A stretch of 64,000 bases of DNA from Camelus ferus (Eukaryota), in contig NC_045697.1 of the NCBI RefSeq assembly GCF_009834535.1, positions 91,204,001 through 91,268,000 on the forward strand. The letters run 5' to 3'. The notes below the pieces were generated by a model. It was not told the origin of the DNA. It worked only from the letters and a program-made list of their open reading frames with translations, and did not search any database. A program made the position numbers and the translations under genes. Shown piece after piece: positions 1 through 12,084 of the stretch (position 1 is the stretch's first letter; every line of letters begins with the position of its first letter).

Positions 1-167
1 TTACCCTGCGTCATTACATACAAGCTTCTCAACCTTTTAAAGTCAACAGCATGTCCTCATAAGTCTCTGATTGCAGATCAGAGGATCTTATATTGAGTAT
101 AATCATTGAGCTCTGTAGTTCAAGAACTCTGGTTGCAGCACATCCTCAATTTTTAAATTGTGAAAAG
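1..167. repeat. Diverged direct repeat A, copy 1 (may extend left of the window)
   Basis: Ungapped match to 1092-1258 at offset 1091; 28 mismatches in 167 nt by hand count (~83%). Confidence 0.92.
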
Positions 168-729
168 TTGTAGGAGCTGCAAGTTATGTGCTATTTTTAA
201 TTTATTTCTAACAAAATATAGCTGGAGATTTTGTCACAAAGTAACAAACACAAATTGGAGAGGTTATTTATTATTTTAATTATGTGACATTATCTTTCCC
301 ACTGGCAAAAGCGATCAAAATGACTAAAATTGAATCAGTGAAAATGACTAGATTCCCAAAGGTTATACGTGTTTTTGAAAAACAGCATGAATTTATTAAA
401 TTTCTTATATGTTACCCAGAAAGGGTTAGTGAGGTAAATACACAATGGCCCTCTCCTTATGGGTTCAGAATGTGGCTAGAAGTAGACAGAATTCTGGAGA
501 TCATTTCATCAATCCTCTCACTCTCTGGATCAGGAAAGTGACACTTAGGTCAGGTGCACTGACCATTTTCAGTGACTTTAACCTGGGCTGATAAAATGTC
601 AGGCAACACTTTGATAGTAGCAGGAAATAGACCGAATGATAATAATACGTCAAGCATTAAATTTCCAATATTGCAGAAGTATAGAGTTTTAGACTTTGGA
701 CTACTATACCGGTGTCTGGTCCGGTGTTG

Positions 730-1010
730 AAATCCCCTTGACAACAGCTTTGCAGATGGTCACCTGCTGCTCCTTGAACAATTACCCTGATGGGAAGTTG
801 GCTTCTCCCTTAGCAGCTCATTCTATCATGTGGTAGCTGTTAATATTGGAAAGTTCTTACACTGAGTTGGTATTGTTATCCCTATGAATTCCACCCATGG
901 GTTCTGCCCTCTGGAGCCAAGATCTGCAAGTGTTTGCCGACAGCAATTATGTTTGTTCTAATTCTCTTCTTTTCCAGAAAAGACGTCTCTAGTTCTGAGT
1001 TACATGTCAT
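730..1010 (-). mobile_element. L3/CR1 LINE 3' fragment (ancient)
   Basis: GCAGCTCATTCTATCATGTGGTAGCTGTTAATATTGGAAAGTTCTT...TTCCACCCATGGGTTCTGCCCTCTGGAGCCA resembles the recalled antisense L3 3' region. Confidence 0.65.
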
Positions 1011-1091
1011 GTGTGGGGCAAAGGTGAAGTGAAAGAAAGGGAGAGAAAATAATGTGTTGTGGCTTATTATTAGAACTCAAGGAGTTAGGAT

Positions 1092-1258
1092 TTATTCTGG
1101 GTCATCAAATACAAGCTTCTCAACCTTTTTGAGTCAGCAGCATGTCTTCATTAGTCCCTAATTGTAGATCAGAGGATCTTATATCAAATACAACCAATGA
1201 ACTTTCTAATTCAAGAACTCTGGTTGCAGCATATCTTTAATTTTTAGCTTGTGAAAAG
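1092..1258. repeat. Diverged direct repeat A, copy 2
   Basis: Shares CAAGCTTCTCAACCTTTT, AGATCAGAGGATCTTATAT and TTCAAGAACTCTGGTTGCAGCA with 1-167. Confidence 0.92.
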
Positions 1259-2264
1259 ACTAGCTATACTGAAAAGAAATCAAACACTATGAAGTGCAAC
1301 ATGAAGAGGCGATCCAATGAAATAAGAGTGAGACTTTTTACTTATAAAGACTGTGGTCTGCAACACCTAAGTGAGTATCAGAATCTGTAGACTTCATGTT
1401 GCAATAAAACACAGTAATACTCAAAATACTATAGCATTATTATAAAAAATAAAATTCTTAATGTTATTTAACTTCATCCTTTAAAGAAAGAAAATGTCTC
1501 TTCCCATCTCTTCCAATATTTGTTAAAATTCCAGAAAACAACTGATATGCTAGGATATCCTCAGCTAAGATTTAAATTAGATTTGGGAAAGTTGTATCAT
1601 TTTCAAATGGTTTGTCAACCATAAAAATATAAATTTACTGTGATTTTAAATTTTAATTTAAATCCTAGAAGGCACTCTTTTCTCTGTTCTCCAGAAAACC
1701 TAGTACATGGATGATACTTATTTAAATATCTGCTAACATAACTGTCCTTATGAATTCAAGATATAAAATTACTTATTTCTAAACAGAGAGGCAGATGAAT
1801 ACACCCATGCATCTGGCAGGTCTAACCACAGATATTGATGTTTGTTCAAAAACTGATTTACCTACAGACAGAAGTATTTTTAAAACAGTCTCAGAAACCA
1901 GAGACAAGTAGACTTGAAATGGAATTTTGTTACTTACAAATTGCTTTGAGTCTGGTGGGATTTTGAAATTCTGACCATAACTAGATTTGACTCTATGTAA
2001 ATTTTGCTGTTAAAAGGTTTTACTGTGTATAGGCCTATAGCCATTTAATCGCCTACACATTACACATCGTTTTGCCTGGTGAGAACTGACAAAAGTGGAT
2101 TCTGTTTATTAGATTGCCCATGGGAAGGAGTAGATACAGTGAAAACATTTTTGCTAAGTGTTTGCTATTTATTTGCTAGGATGATAGCAATGTTAAACTT
2201 GCGGGGCGTGTGTATATGCGTGTTAAGATTAAATTTGGTAATTAGGCTGCTTTACACAATGACT

Positions 2265-2950
2265 GTTCAATTTATTTAGAGGCCTCTATATCGTAGGCAT
2301 CTTTCCAAATGTTAGAGGGGATATAAAAGATAAATAAGATAAGTTCCTATCCCACATTGTGATTGGTGAAACCAATACCCAAAGAAGTAATTATGGTATA
2401 GCATGCCATCTTATAGGATGTATAAAATGTTGTAATAACATAACATATTGGAACATAGTAGAAAATTTCAAATACAAGCTCCATGTTGAGTCATGACGAC
2501 TTTGAAGCTACGTACACTAAACCATGCAGAAAATTTAGAAGTTAAAAGAATTGTAAAATGAAATTAGCTGACTCTCTCAGAATCTTTTATTTTCCATGTT
2601 TCTTCTTATAAACAAAGTATATTATTTCTTTCTTTCTAGCTTTCTGAACATCTTAATTTTGCTTAAAATCTTTCTATAAGATCTTTCAGAGAACTTCCTG
2701 GAAGAAAAGATAAATTTGAGCTGGGGCTTGAGGAAACAAATATTTTTCTGAGCAGGGAGGAGCTGAATAATAAGCCCAGGCATAGGGACTTACATGTGTG
2801 AAGGCAGAGAGCTGTGATCTGAGTCTGGGATTGGGAAATGCTGGGCTGCTTATTGGGGTGTGAGAGGGGTGATGGTAGCAGATGCAGTAAGAGAGGCACC
2901 AGGCTGCTAAGGGTCTCATGGACATCCTTAGGTAGTGGGGAAACAGTGGC
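2265..2950 (-). mobile_element. L2 fragments
   Basis: Antisense L2 tail-like start (TTCAATTTATTTAGAGGCCTCTATATCGTAGGCA) followed by a purine-rich L2-like body; highly diverged. Confidence 0.5.
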
Positions 2951-2959
2951 GGGCTTTTT

Positions 2960-3550
2960 GTTTTATTTTTAATTATTTGTAAATAATTTCAAATTTACAG
3001 AAAAGTTGTGAGTATAAGTAGTATAAGGAACACACATATATGTATATTCATTTATTGTTAATATTTGTCCCATTTGCCTTTTCATTTGAGCTGTCTCCTT
3101 CTCATTAGACATACATACATGTATGTGTGTGTACACATACACAGACACACACACATAATATGTTTTCCTTTACCACTTGAGAGTAAGTTGAATTATGGTC
3201 CTCTTTCTCTCTAAGTACCTCTGTGTGTTCTTCCTAAAAATAGGGATGTTCTCTTTGGTTCTCTTCAGAACAGTTATCAGCTTTAGTAAGTTAAACATTG
3301 ATATAGTTTTTACCTAACCTGGAATTCATATGCCAGTTTTGTCTACTGAAGCAGTAACATCTTTTAATAGCGTTTTTCTCCTTCCATTACAGGATCCAGT
3401 CTAAGATAAAGTATTGCATTTAGTTGTCATGTCCTTCACTCCTTCAATCTAGAATATTTCTACATCCTTTATTTGACTTTTGACACTGACATTTTTGAAT
3501 AATATAGCCTCCTCCTTTTTTTTTTTTTTTTAATATAACAGTCTTTATTT
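2960..3550 (-). mobile_element. Old L1 (L1MC-like) 3' UTR
   Basis: AATAATTTCAAATTTACAGAAAAGTTG...TTCTTCCTAAAAATAGGGA...GCATTTAGTTGTCATGTC are typical antisense L1MC 3' motifs. Confidence 0.7.
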
Positions 3551-3904
3551 TGGTACAGAGGATTTTACATGGGGGTGTGTGTGACATATTCAGATCTGAA
3601 TTTCAGAAAATGGCATTCTAGAGGTAATGTTAAGGATGGACCAAAAGGCAAGAGACTGTTGATATGACAAGGAGATAAGAGGCTATTGTTGGCCGAAACT
3701 CCCTTCTAAGCAGGTAGGGGTAGAGGCTCAGGCCCTGGCCAGGATCCCTGAAAGTTAGGGCAGGCATAGGAACAGAGGGAACGGGATTCAAAAATGTTTG
3801 ACTCCTGAGTAAGGCTGCTTCAGAAAAAGAAAAGGACAGTCTGAATGCCAAGTCCATGAGAGCTGGTGGAGAGGCAAGCCCCAGATCTAAAACAGTGGGC
3901 TTGA

Positions 3905-6510
3905 ATTACAGATTGTAGCATAGCAGATCACATAATGTGAGAATCCTTCTAAAAAATAACATTAAATGCATAGATGAGCTTGCAATAATGGAAAGTAAAT
4001 CTCCAAGAACTAAAAATGAACATGGAAGAAAAACCAAAATGCTAGGCATACACTGAATTCTAGCAAACTTGAAGGGAGATTTCTGGTCTTGGTATGACTT
4101 AGGAAAACCCACATGGGTGCAAAAAGTTAAGTCTTGAGGGCCAGTGAAGCAGGGAATGGAAAAGAGACCCATGCAGAAAGCCAGGATCATTGAGGGTGAC
4201 ACCCTACGTAAAAGAAAACAAAAATAAAAACAACTATGGACACTGTGAGGTGATAAGGAAGCTTGCCTGTCTTGGCCTAGGTTTTGGGTAGAGGAAAAAA
4301 AAAGTCTCATGTAGATTTGGTTTGGAATTTACACTGCCTGAGCGGTTTTGGAATCTTTCAGCCTAGAAATCTACATTAAAAAGAAGCCAGTGGTAACACA
4401 TATTTGCCCAATAGAAGCAAATGAAAAACTGCTTTGGAGAGACATATCTTCAATGGAATCCATGCAAGATTCCTACAGATAATGCCTTACTGAAGATGAG
4501 CTCAGTCAAAAACTATAAAACGCATGTGGAGGAGGAGGGACTCCACTGTGAGTAAGAATCTACAGAGACAATAAAAGAGCAGATTAAAATTCCCAGAAAC
4601 TTCAGATAATAGAACTACTGACTTAAGACTATAAATAAGCATTTTAAAATGGTTACAGACATAAAAGAATTAGTATAAACCATAAGAAAAGAATAAGATA
4701 CTTGGAGGAAAAATAGGACATTTTGAAAATGAATAAGATAGAACTTCTAGCAATATAAAAAATACAGTCATTTAATTTAAAAATTTAGTTACGTAGAAAA
4801 TTAGTTACAATAAAAGGAAAATTAGTAGATTTGAAGATAGCAAAAAGATATGTAAAAGAGTAAAAGATATGGAGGAATGAGAAGAATTATTTGGAATACC
4901 AAAAAGAGAGAGTAGAGAGAATCAGGGAGACATAATAATGAAAGAAATAATGGCTGAGAATTTTCCAGAATAGGTTAAAGTTACGAATTGTCAGATTCTG
5001 AAGGCACAAGGGATCCAAATGGAAAGAAATACACAGCTAGACACATTGTGCGGAAATTACAAGAAAAGAAAACTAAAAGAGAGAAAAGATATTAAAAGTA
5101 ACCAGAGAAAAAAGGCTTTATCTTTAAATATTAATTATACTGCTAGCAACGATAGAAGCCAAAAGACAATAAAATAATATTTTCAAAATGCTAAGAGAAA
5201 ATAACTGCCAACTATAAAGTCTTACCCTGATAATCATTAAAGAACACGAGGAATAGAAGGAACATTTCTGGACATATAAATAACCAACACACATACATAT
5301 GTATATACACACATGTATACAATCAACTCTTAATGACAAAGTATTTCTAGAGATTACCAAGATGGCAGAGTAGAAGGACACAGTACTCACCCTCTTCCAT
5401 GAATACAGCAAAAACTACATCTACATACAGAACAAATCACACAGAATACCTACTAAACTTTAACAGAATATCTCTTACAATCAGAAATAGAAGGAAATCC
5501 TCACAAAACCGGAACAAGTTTCTACTGTACAACACAGGGGACTATATTCAATATCTTGTAGTAACCTATAATAAAAAAGAATATGAAAAGGAATATATGT
5601 ATGTATGTGTATGACTGACACATTATGCTGTACACCAGAAATTGACGCATTATAAACTGACTATACTTCAATAAAATAAAATAAAATAAATCTAAAAAAA
5701 AAAAAAAATTTCTAAGGGATGTACTTCAGGAAGAGAAAAATTTTACCCAGAAGATTTAAGTGCAAGAAAGAATGATGAGCGAACAAATTGTTAAATATGT
5801 AACAATTAAATATATAATTGAATAAATCACTAAATTACTGTGTCTAATTTCAGGTTAATAAAAAGAAAATTAAAATTTGGGCACCAATTACATGTAAAAT
5901 GAAGGACGGATGATCAAAGTTAGAGGGATCTTAATAGTGTTTAAAAATAGGTAGAGCAGTTGATTAATTTTAATTTGAGTATAAATATTTTTAAAATTTA
6001 AAACTAAGAGAATAGTTGTATGGCATATACTGTCCAAAACATTACTGATGGGAAGTAGGAAAAAACTGTGATTTATCCAAAAGAAGGCCAGAAAGAATTT
6101 TTTAACAACAACAACAACAAAAAGGCAGGAAGATCCAAAATAAGAAAAAGAAATAACTCTAAATATATCAGAAATCATAATACATACAAGAGGACTAAAT
6201 GCTCCAGTTAAAAGATCAGGATTCTCAAGTGGATTGAGGAAAAAAATCACCTTTACATTCTATATAAGAGGACTATCTAACACTCAAGAGCATAATTTGA
6301 AGTAAAAGGACTAAAAATGGAATAGGCAAATCCTAAACAGCTGTAGTCTCTATATTAACATCAAACAAAATATTTTTTAAGGAATGAAGTATCGTTAGGA
6401 ATTAAATGATAAAAGGAAGAACACCCAGGACAGTATAACACTTTTTAATTTAAATAGGGCTAATAACATAGCTTTTAAATTACATAACACACAAATTTAT
6501 AGGATTGTAT
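3905..6510 (+). mobile_element. Old L1 (L1ME-like) 5' UTR/ORF1/start of ORF2, degraded; interrupted at 5350-5707
   Basis: A-rich sense strand with ORF1-like ATAATGGCTGAGAATTTTCCAGAA and an endonuclease-start remnant GGACTAAATGCTCCAGTTAAAAGA (GLNAPVKR) near 6192. Confidence 0.75.
5350..5707 (+). mobile_element. Internally deleted mini-L1 (5' UTR start joined to 3' UTR and poly(A))
   Basis: Starts GAGATTACCAAGATGGCAGAGTAGAAGGAC (L1 5'-end-like). From 5513 it matches the reverse complement of the L1 3' end at ~62842-63002. A-rich tail; ATTTCTA flanks it at 5343-5349 and 5708-5714. Confidence 0.8.
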
Positions 6511-6964
6511 TGGGAGACACAGGTGTAGAAAGAAATAATATACAAGTTAAATTTGAGATGAGTACCTGTGAAACCTCCAATTAGAGATCTTAAAAGTAGT
6601 TAGATATAACTCATCTGTTTCTCTAGAGAGAGGCCAGATTTAAGTCTAAAAATTTGAATGTAGAAGAATGTATTACTCCAGTTCAACAGATTCTGAACTT
6701 CTTGATGAGAAGAATTATATATTCAGTTTTGTAAGGCCCTTGTGTCCATCACAGTGCCTTATACAAATAAGTGCTCAATAAAGGTTAAATTGAACATATT
6801 CTCATAGGTACTAATTTTTTTTAGGATGTACACATTATTAGTTTAGAGATTAATATTTACTGAATGAATACTATGGGGACTATAAGAAAGGTTATAGATA
6901 TAGTTCCTGCCTTTAGAATATTGTAATTTAGTAGGAGGATTTTTTTTTTAAATTCAGTAACTTG

Positions 6965-7137
6965 GTGGGGAGGGTATAGCTCAGTGGTAGAGTGAGTGCT
7001 TAGCTTGTGCATGGTCCTGGGTTCAATTCCCAATACCTCTGTTAAAAAATAAAGAAATAAAAATAAAGAAACCTAATTGTCCCCCAAAAAATTAAAAAAA
7101 AAAAAAAAGAAATACCAACCCCACAAAAGGGTTTTAA
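6965..7137 (+). mobile_element. tRNA-derived SINE, camelid vic-1 type
   Basis: Pol III A box TAGCTCAGTGG (6977-6987), B box GGTTCAATTCC (7020-7030), A-rich tail, and a 15-bp TSD AAAT(T/C)CAGTAACTTG at 6950-6964 and 7138-7152. Confidence 0.9.
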
Positions 7138-7199
7138 AAATCCAGTAACTTGAGAAATTAAAGAGAAAATAATCAATCATTCATAATCAAGTTTTAATT

Positions 7200-8270
7200 G
7201 CTGTGGCATTTGGGTGAAAAGAGAAAGTTCACCAGAGATTTGAGATGTTGGAGAAAGCTGTAAATAGCTGAAATTTTAGTTGGTCCTTGAAAAGAGGGCA
7301 TCTTTGTTTGGAAAAAAAAAGAAGAGGAGAGAACATTTTGGCTTGAGGAATTAGCATAAATAAAGGTTCAGAGGCAGAAATTATTGTATATGTTTGTGTG
7401 ACATTAATAATGCTAACTTCACTGCAGTATAAGTGCTGAGTGTAAGTGTAAGAGAGAAAGCTGGGTAGATGGTCATATGAAATTATGGAGGATCTTAAAC
7501 TTGTTAGGGGTATGGGGATTGCTTACTAGGTAATATAGAATCATGGGTTCATAAGGTGGCCTGACATAGTTTTTATAAGCTATTTCTGTGAATAATCTGG
7601 AAGTGATGTGTGAGAGGGCTTGAAAAAAGAAGGGAATGGGAAACAGGAAAATCTGTTCAAATGTATGTAAAGTAATCCAGGTATAAACTGATTAGGTTCA
7701 GAACTAAGGTAAACAGGAGAATGGAAAACATGGGGTAAATTTGAGACATTCCAAAAAAATAAAAAGATAAAATTTGGTCTGATTGAGTATAGGCAAACAA
7801 AACTAGAAATATGTCAAAGTTATACCTGGAATAATGATGACATCCTGGATAAACAATGAATGTGAAGAAGAGTCAATAATTCATAAATTCATAGAAATTT
7901 AGAGATGGTTAAGGACCTCAGATATTATATCCACAGACCCCTCATTTCAGAGATGAGGAAACTAACACCAGAGAGTTAATATAATTAGTTCATGGTCAGC
8001 CCAGTGGTTGACTTTGAGAAAATGGCTAGAATCCAAGGAGAGATACTCTGTGAACACTTGGGATTATGCTGCTGGTGGGAAATCATTGTTAGATGGGTAG
8101 AGCTGGGGAGTTGTCTGAAAGGCAATCGGAGACACGGAAGTGGATGTGCTATTCAAGGAGAGATTGTGTAGGGACAAGAGAAGAGAAACAATGATAAAGT
8201 CACAGGGAATCTCCACTCTTAGGAATTCAAACTAGAAGGGAGTTGGGGAAGAAGAGATCAGATGTGAGGA
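7200..8270 (-). mobile_element. L2 body with a MIR-like fragment (~7885-8040)
   Basis: Purine-rich antisense L2-like sequence; MIR core CTCATTTCAGAGATGAGGAAACT. Confidence 0.55.
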
Positions 8271-8329
8271 CAATCAGAAGTGGCCAGATCCAGATCCTGT
8301 AGTATGCGCCTCTTGTGATGAGTTGTCTT

Positions 8330-8912
8330 CTGTTATTTTATTTTGCACAAAACTCTGCATCCTGCTGCATTTGTATGTAAACATCACCATATATTCTGCC
8401 AATACTTTATATCTCATGTTGATTTTCCTCCCATGCATCTTCCTTTTACTTATTTGATTATTAATATTTAATAATATAATAAGCAAACAAGACCTAACAT
8501 TTCGTATTTGAAACATTGACAATAATCTACCTATGCACTGCTCTTCCATTCCGTCTCCCTGACTCACCACACCTAATATAAGCACTATTTTTTGCACTTG
8601 TATAGTATTTTATCACTGTATGTATACATATACCTACTAAATGAGTTTTCTAGTTACTTTTTTACTTTAAAGGGGCTATAAATAATCTTAGGACTCGCTA
8701 AGATTAATCCATATTTTTGTATGTAGCTGTAGTCCATTCATTTTTACTGCTTTAGAGTATTCCCTACATGACTGTGCCACACTTTGCTTTCCTGTCAATG
8801 GTCATTTAGCCTATTTCCAGAGAGTTTAGTCTGCTTTGAATAGTGTTACTATGAACATTCTTGTATATGTCCCCTGTTGTATATTGTAAGGACTTCTTTT
8901 GGGTATATATCT
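8330..8912 (-). mobile_element. Old L1 (L1ME-like) 3' region
   Basis: ATCCATATTTTTGTATGTAGCTGTAGTCCATTCATTTTTACTGC...TATGAACATTCTTGTATATGTC. Confidence 0.7.
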
Positions 8913-9486
8913 ACTTATATTGATTTAAAAATCTTTCTGTGATGCATAGCACATTAAAATGGCATTAGGCAAATTTTCTGATTGTGGAAATTCAAGTCTA
9001 AAATGAACAACATCTTTTCCTAAGGTGAATAGATTCACCTTGTATAGTGTACACTCTAGGTAAGGGATATTTACCAAACGTTTTCTTGGGGAGCAAAATT
9101 ATAAGCTAGAGTTGGTCACTGATTTTTTTCCAGTGACCCAATTTAATGTCAATGCTATTTTCAGGATACAAAAGGAAAACTGAGGGCCAGAGGCAAGGAA
9201 GAGAGGTAACAGGTTAACTGAAGCTTAGCACTGCTTGGCAGCGAGTCCAGGAAAATTCACCTTCATCTCATTTGAGGGTCCTCTTACCCTCCCTAGCAGC
9301 CCTCCTTGTGTGAGGGGGAACAATATGAACAAAAAGAACCAAGGGAAAGGGCTCTGTCAGATTTGTTCACTCAGAATCAGTTGATAGTCTGCCAAGAAAA
9401 GTTTCTCATCCTCAAGAGGTTCTGAGGATAAAATTCTCATCTCTTTGTGAACATACAAGAAAGAACTCTTCTCTAGTTGAGGATCC

Positions 9487-9518
9487 TGTGTGTGTGTGTG
9501 TGTGCGCGCACACACACA
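9487..9518. repeat. (TG)n-CGCG-(CA)n self-complementary microsatellite
   Basis: TG repeat switches to CA repeat through GCGCGC; alternating purine/pyrimidine. Confidence 0.9.
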
Positions 9519-10005
9519 AGCACAGATAGACGTGCAAAGGAAAAGTGAACACTGGACAGACACAAACGCTATCCTGCACTCTCTTTATTATTGTCTTCTA
9601 TTTTTTCTGTGTTAACAAATATATCTTCACTTAAATAGGAATTGTTGCTATACCCTAAATAACAATTACCTTGTGGCTCAATTAGTTTGTGGCTCAAACT
9701 TCCCACTTATTTGTACTTGGAGTAATCATACCTTGAAAATCTATGCACATTTTTCAGTCAAACCTAATTTCCTGCTTTGACTAAGCCTCTTGACCTTTGT
9801 GCCCAATGACAATTTATCCCGTTTTACACCAACTCACAAGGTGTCACAATGGAAAGGAAAAAGTGGTTATCTGGTTATGTATGGATGCAGAAATGGAGGG
9901 GCTAATGAAGCAGCAGCGTGATACGAGCCATACTGCCTTACAGTGGGGTCTTCTTTGACAGGAACTTAGGGAAGAACCTTATAGCCTCTAATTTCTAGAC
10001 ATTTG

Positions 10006-10125
10006 CTGTACTCCTATTCTTTTCTTCTTGGAAAATAGTTTTTTTTTTTTTTTTAAAGTTAAATAGTGTACAAATGGCATGAGTTAAGGTGGAACCCAGT
10101 GCCAATGCATTACCAATTATTCCAA
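10006..10125. repeat. Diverged direct repeat B, copy 1
   Basis: Matches 10771-10885; 11 mismatches in the 71-nt core by hand count. Confidence 0.9.
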
Positions 10126-10770
10126 GCCCACACACAAAACATGTATGAAGTATTGTTTCTGAATCACAATATGCATTCTACAAGGAGATACTTAAATCAA
10201 GATGGAAACAATAGAGGCTTCTTCCTTCTTTGGACAGTACTTTAGGTCATGATAAGGAACTATAGCTCTTTTTCTTACTATATCAAATAAGGATGCATCT
10301 CCCAATTTGTTTACCAACCCCATCAAAGGGGCTGGATGTAAATTGCATCCAATTAAGGTCTGTGCTTACAAGTACATTCCTATAGAGTGAATATTATTTG
10401 GAAATTCTTTATGTAACCCCTATTCAGAATTTATCTGAATATATTGTTAATATTTAAGGTTTTTAGACTCAGCCCTATAAAATAATATCATTGCATGTTT
10501 ACTCATCTCCAGTTTTAAAAAAAAAGAAAGAAAGAAAGAAAGAAAAAATTTGACTACGGATATTTAGAGTAGAAAAGGTGAATTCCTCTAGTAGAAAGAG
10601 CATTAACTGGAGCATTCTGATTCTTGTGGAGAATTAGTGCAGCAATTTCTTACAGATAAAAGAACCTCTTATCTTATGAAGAGATGCATTAATTACAGCC
10701 TGAAATTCTGCTTCACGCATCCTCTTTCAGAGCCAAGGATAGAACAGAAAAGATGTGTGCTGTTGGAAGT

Positions 10771-10885
10771 CTGTACTCCCTTTTTCTTTTTCTTCATGTA
10801 AAATAGCTTTTCTGAAAGGTAAATAGTACACAAATGCCATGAGTTTAGGTGGAACAGAGTGCCAAAGCAACACTAATTATTCCAA
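10771..10885. repeat. Diverged direct repeat B, copy 2
   Basis: CTGTACTCC...AAATAGT..ACAAATG.CATGAGTT.AGGTGGAAC..AGTGCCAA...AATTATTCCAA is shared with 10006-10125. Confidence 0.9.
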
Positions 10886-11028
10886 CAACAGCAGTAGCTA
10901 TAACTTTAAAGGCAAAAAACAAATTCCAATGTTATGAATAACTTTGCTGATCATAATAAAAGAAGATGAAATTTAATGTCAATAGCAGTATGAGTGTAGG
11001 AGGTAATTCTATTTCATTTTCTTTTCAG

Positions 11029-11076
11029 GCAAAACAGAAACAGAACATGGTGATACAAGCAAGTGAAAAAACCCAG
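11029..11076 (+). other. Candidate 48-nt exon (unverified)
   Basis: Acceptor TTTCATTTTCTTTTCAG|G and donor CAG|GTAATA; phase-0 frame is open (AKQKQNMVIQASEKTQ). Confidence 0.25.
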
Positions 11077-11534
11077 GTAATAAAGAGTATGATGTACCTT
11101 CGATCTACATTGAGGCTAAAAGCTTTGGATTTAGAGCTATGAAAGGCAGTTTCATTTTCTAGAATCTATGTTAAGACCTATAGTTCTTATCTCCTCCTGT
11201 TTCCCTTATTGGGTGATGGTGATCAGCCAAGGTAATGGATATACAGGAGGGAAGTGAGAGTAATCTATTGAGCAGATTTTCTCTATGACAGCTGTATTAT
11301 TGTACATGAAAAGTTTACCAATACCTCTTCCTGTTTACTTTGCACCTCTTCATGACCTTTGTCCCCTTTCCTATTTAGCACCAACTCTTGCCCAGGCCTT
11401 GTCCAATGACTGATTTAAGTCCAGCTTTGTGTGCATGCAAGCCTGCCATATAGTGGTGTTGCCTACATGCTCAGGGGTAGGGAAAAAAATTCTTTCCTCA
11501 TCTATCTATGCATCTATAAAGGAAGCCAGGATAT

Positions 11535-11778
11535 TCTTTTTTATTATTAAAGTATAGTTCATTTACAATGTTGTGTCAGCTTCAGGTGTACAGAAAAGTG
11601 ATTCAGTTTATATATATGTATACATATATGTTCTTTTTCAGATTCTTTTCCATTATAGGTTATTACAAGATATTGAATATAGTTCCCTGTGCTCTACAGT
11701 GGCTCCTTGTTGTGTATCTGTTTTACATATAGTAGGGTGTATTTGCTAATCCCAAACTCCTAATTTATCCCTCCCCCC
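11535..11778 (-). mobile_element. Cetartiodactyl-type L1 3' end, 5'-truncated
   Basis: AAGTATAGTTCATTTACAATGTTGTG...GATATTGAATATAGTTCCCTGTGC; similar to 62824-63075; degenerate TSD (A/G)AGCCA(G/A)GATA. Confidence 0.85.
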
Positions 11779-12084
11779 AGGAGCCAAGATACACTTATGC
11801 ATTGTTACTATAGGCCATGTTCTCCATACCACGTCCGGAAAAGGGAATCAGGTCCAATGGAATCCTCAGGAGATAAGAAGGAATCTAAAGTAGCAGTAGA
11901 CAAGTCTAGTTCTATCAGTGAAAACTCAAATAACAATCCTATTACTGTTCTGTAAAAGTCCCAGATAAATAAACATGTTGAGCCTGTTAAGATAACAGCT
12001 CAATATGGAATTGAGAGCCATCAAAGTAAAGCCCGGTGCTTTTTGATGCTCAGAATGGGTTCACACTTACAAATGATGTTGCCT

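Noticed and set aside
1..1258. Tandemly duplicated coding exon
   Set aside because: The frames favoured by the mismatch pattern contain stops. The short peptide FH(N/K)LKI(E/K)D(V/M)LQPEFLN has no convincing splice acceptor.
6965..7040. tRNA gene
   Set aside because: A and B boxes are present, but the A-rich tail and 15-bp TSD mark it as a SINE.
9164..9204. Exon-like segment TTTTCAG|...GAG|GTAACA
   Set aside because: It contains a MIR-core-like GGAAAACTGAGGGCCAGAG, is 41 nt long and has weak splice signals.
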